A stretch of 63,891 nucleotides of DNA, the filler included, from Octopus bimaculoides (lineage: Eukaryota): assembly GCF_001194135.2 (NCBI RefSeq). It is 5 parts of 5 records of this genome, joined end to end, with 100 filler letters (N's around TTAATTAATTAA, not from the genome) between each part and the next. Parts side by side here need not be neighbours in the genome. Positions count along the whole stretch, not along the records: positions 60,887 to 63,891 come from NC_068983.1; 4 more parts are not named here. One strand, 5' to 3'. The notes under the pieces are model-generated. The model was not told the DNA's origin and made no database searches. It saw only the letters and a program-made list of their open reading frames with translations. The translations under genes and the position numbers were made by a program. Below, piece after piece: positions 62,069 to 63,891 of the stretch. Every line of letters starts with the position of its first letter. Within the stretch, counting starts at the first letter, position 1.

Positions 62069-63247
62069 AATTATTATTATCATTATTAAGGCGGCAAGCT
62101 GGTACAATCGTTATGGTTGTGTATGGTTGTTTAGTAGATTATTGGAACGAAAATTTCGTTGGTGACTCCTTATGGGGAAGAGGTTGCAATATCTATCCTG
62201 CGAGTAGTGATCTTTCCTTTATCTGTTTGAAGTTGGGATACTCCCGATGTTGTATCGCTGGTGGCTTACAAAGTTAGGGTTAGGTCTTGTATTCATCGAC
62301 AGAGAATAAGACTATATGACCAATTTCAAGGAGGGAGGAATTCCAACCACGTTTCGTGATTTGCTACTTCAATAGCTCCTTTATAGGATCGTCTTCGTCT
62401 TCTTCCTCTCCGCTACCTCCTTCCTTACTTTAATACTACTGCTGTTTAGAATAACATCCACGCGAATATTAAAAACAATACATTCAAAAAAGCTATCACA
62501 AGAATTCAATCACTACTACCATCCACAACAGGTCACTTTCGGGGCACTTGACCATTTAACATCCTACTACTATCACATCACTCCCGCATTCTTTTAATAT
62601 TCTTTCTCTTCCTCCTCCCCCNNNNNNNNNNNNNNNNNNNNNNNNNNNNNNNNNNNNNNNNNNNNNNNNNNNNNNNNNNNNNNNNNNNNNNNNNNNNNNN
62701 NNNNNNNNNNNNNNNNNNNNNNNNNNNNNNNNNNNNNNNNNNNNNNNNNNNNNNNNNNNNNNNNNNNNNNNNNNNNNNNNNNNNNNNNNNNNNNNNNNNN
62801 NNNNNNNNNNNNNNNNNNNNNNNNNNNNNNNNNNNNNNNNNNNNNNNNNNNNNNNNNNNNNNNNNNNNNNNNNNNNNNNNNNNNNNNNNNNNNNNNNNNN
62901 NNNNNNNNNNNNNNNNNNNNNNNNNNNNNNNNNNNNNNNNNNNNNNNNNNNNNNNNNNNNNNNNNNNNNNNNNNNNNNNNNNNNNNNNNNNNNNNNNNNN
63001 NNNNNNNNNNNNNNNNNNNNNNNNNNNNNNNNNNNNNNNNNNNNNNNNNNNNNNNNNNNNNNNNNNNNNNNNNNNNNNNNNNNNNNNNNNNNNNNNNNNN
63101 NNNNNNNNNNNNNNNNNNNNNNNNNNNNNNNNNNNNNNNNNNNNNNNNNNNNNNNNNNNNNNNNNNNNNNNNNNNNNNNNNNNNNNNNNNNNNNNNNNNN
63201 NNNNNNNNNNNNNNNNNNNNNNNNNNNNNNNNNNNNNNNNNNNNNNN

Positions 63248-63271
<24 letters not shown>

Positions 63272-63278
<7 letters not shown>

Positions 63279-63788
63279 TATATACATAATTATAACAAGG
63301 GCTTGGCTTGCGCCTCACCACACACTGAAAAATGGACGTCAAAAGACACTATTGCCATCATAAAAACTCCGAGAAAAACACACAAGGATACGAACTCTAC
63401 TTCATATCCTTGCAACACATATCCTTCATATCCTTGCAACATATATCTGCGAGTTCAACGGGCATAAGATGAGCGATGGCGCAGCTCGCTTGCATACATA
63501 CACTCGTATTTATATGGCTGGGTATACCGACGCAAAAGGTAAAAGGTAAAGTTTTTCATTACTTTAAGCCCGAAGGCAAACGGTAAAGTTTTTCATTACT
63601 TTAAGCCCGAAACACGATCATGTACGCGGTTAACCAAAGTTTGTAATTCAGGTTCTTCTTCTACTGGCCTATATGTAGTGTGTTTTTCTCGAAGAATCTA
63701 TGGTGGCAATAGTGTCTTTTAACGTCTATTTTTCAGTGCGTGGTGAGGCGCAGCCAAGCCCTTGTTATAATTATGTATATAATTATAA
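63272..63788. mobile_element. Non-autonomous foldback/long-TIR element (about 110-bp TIRs)
   Basis: 63272-63383 and 63678-63788 are reverse complements with scattered mismatches; internal 30-bp direct repeat at 63545-63574 and 63582-63611. Confidence 0.85.
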
Positions 63789-63891
63789 GATATTTATATT
63801 ATGAAGTTTTATTTCCGCGCTGACCACTTGGTAAAAATCATTTATTATTTTACCCTTATCATTATTATAATATATATATAAATACATATAT

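Noticed and set aside
62340-62385. Minus-strand TTGAAGT...CACGAAACGTGG as a hammerhead
   Set aside because: Two core mismatches and no pairing stems.
2957-63342. Long ORFs in the track (up to 487 aa) with poly-X, poly-I/N/L/S/R or alternating CV/HT/YI
   Set aside because: They read through N gaps and microsatellites; no coding signal.

Overview
AT-rich, gap-ridden animal genomic DNA. The SINE, LINE and microsatellite repertoire looks like Octopus (inference from recognised repeat families, not a database hit). I find no intact host protein-coding gene: the long ORFs in the track run through microsatellites or N gaps. The window holds at least five SINE-like families, dense microsatellites and many transposon fossils: RTE, R4/Dong-like, CR1-like, Penelope-like, a near full-length mariner, Tc1, two DD37D/maT-like pieces, pogo/Tigger, a Helitron 3' end, a MITE and a long-TIR foldback element. 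Two features are not explained by the ORF track. (1) Five sequence-unrelated type I hammerhead-ribozyme-like motifs (9316, 40338, 47523, 56422, 59657), two with an intact catalytic core. (2) A locally tandem family of 0.5-0.8 kb units (about 14.1, 17.5, 21.0 and 23.0 kb, probably also 10.9 kb) made of conserved blocks separated by T-rich spacers, with splice-acceptor-like motifs conserved on the minus strand. Four TTAATTAATTAA spacers inside 100-bp gaps are assembly joins. Boundaries of degenerate repeats are approximate (about +/-10-20 bp).
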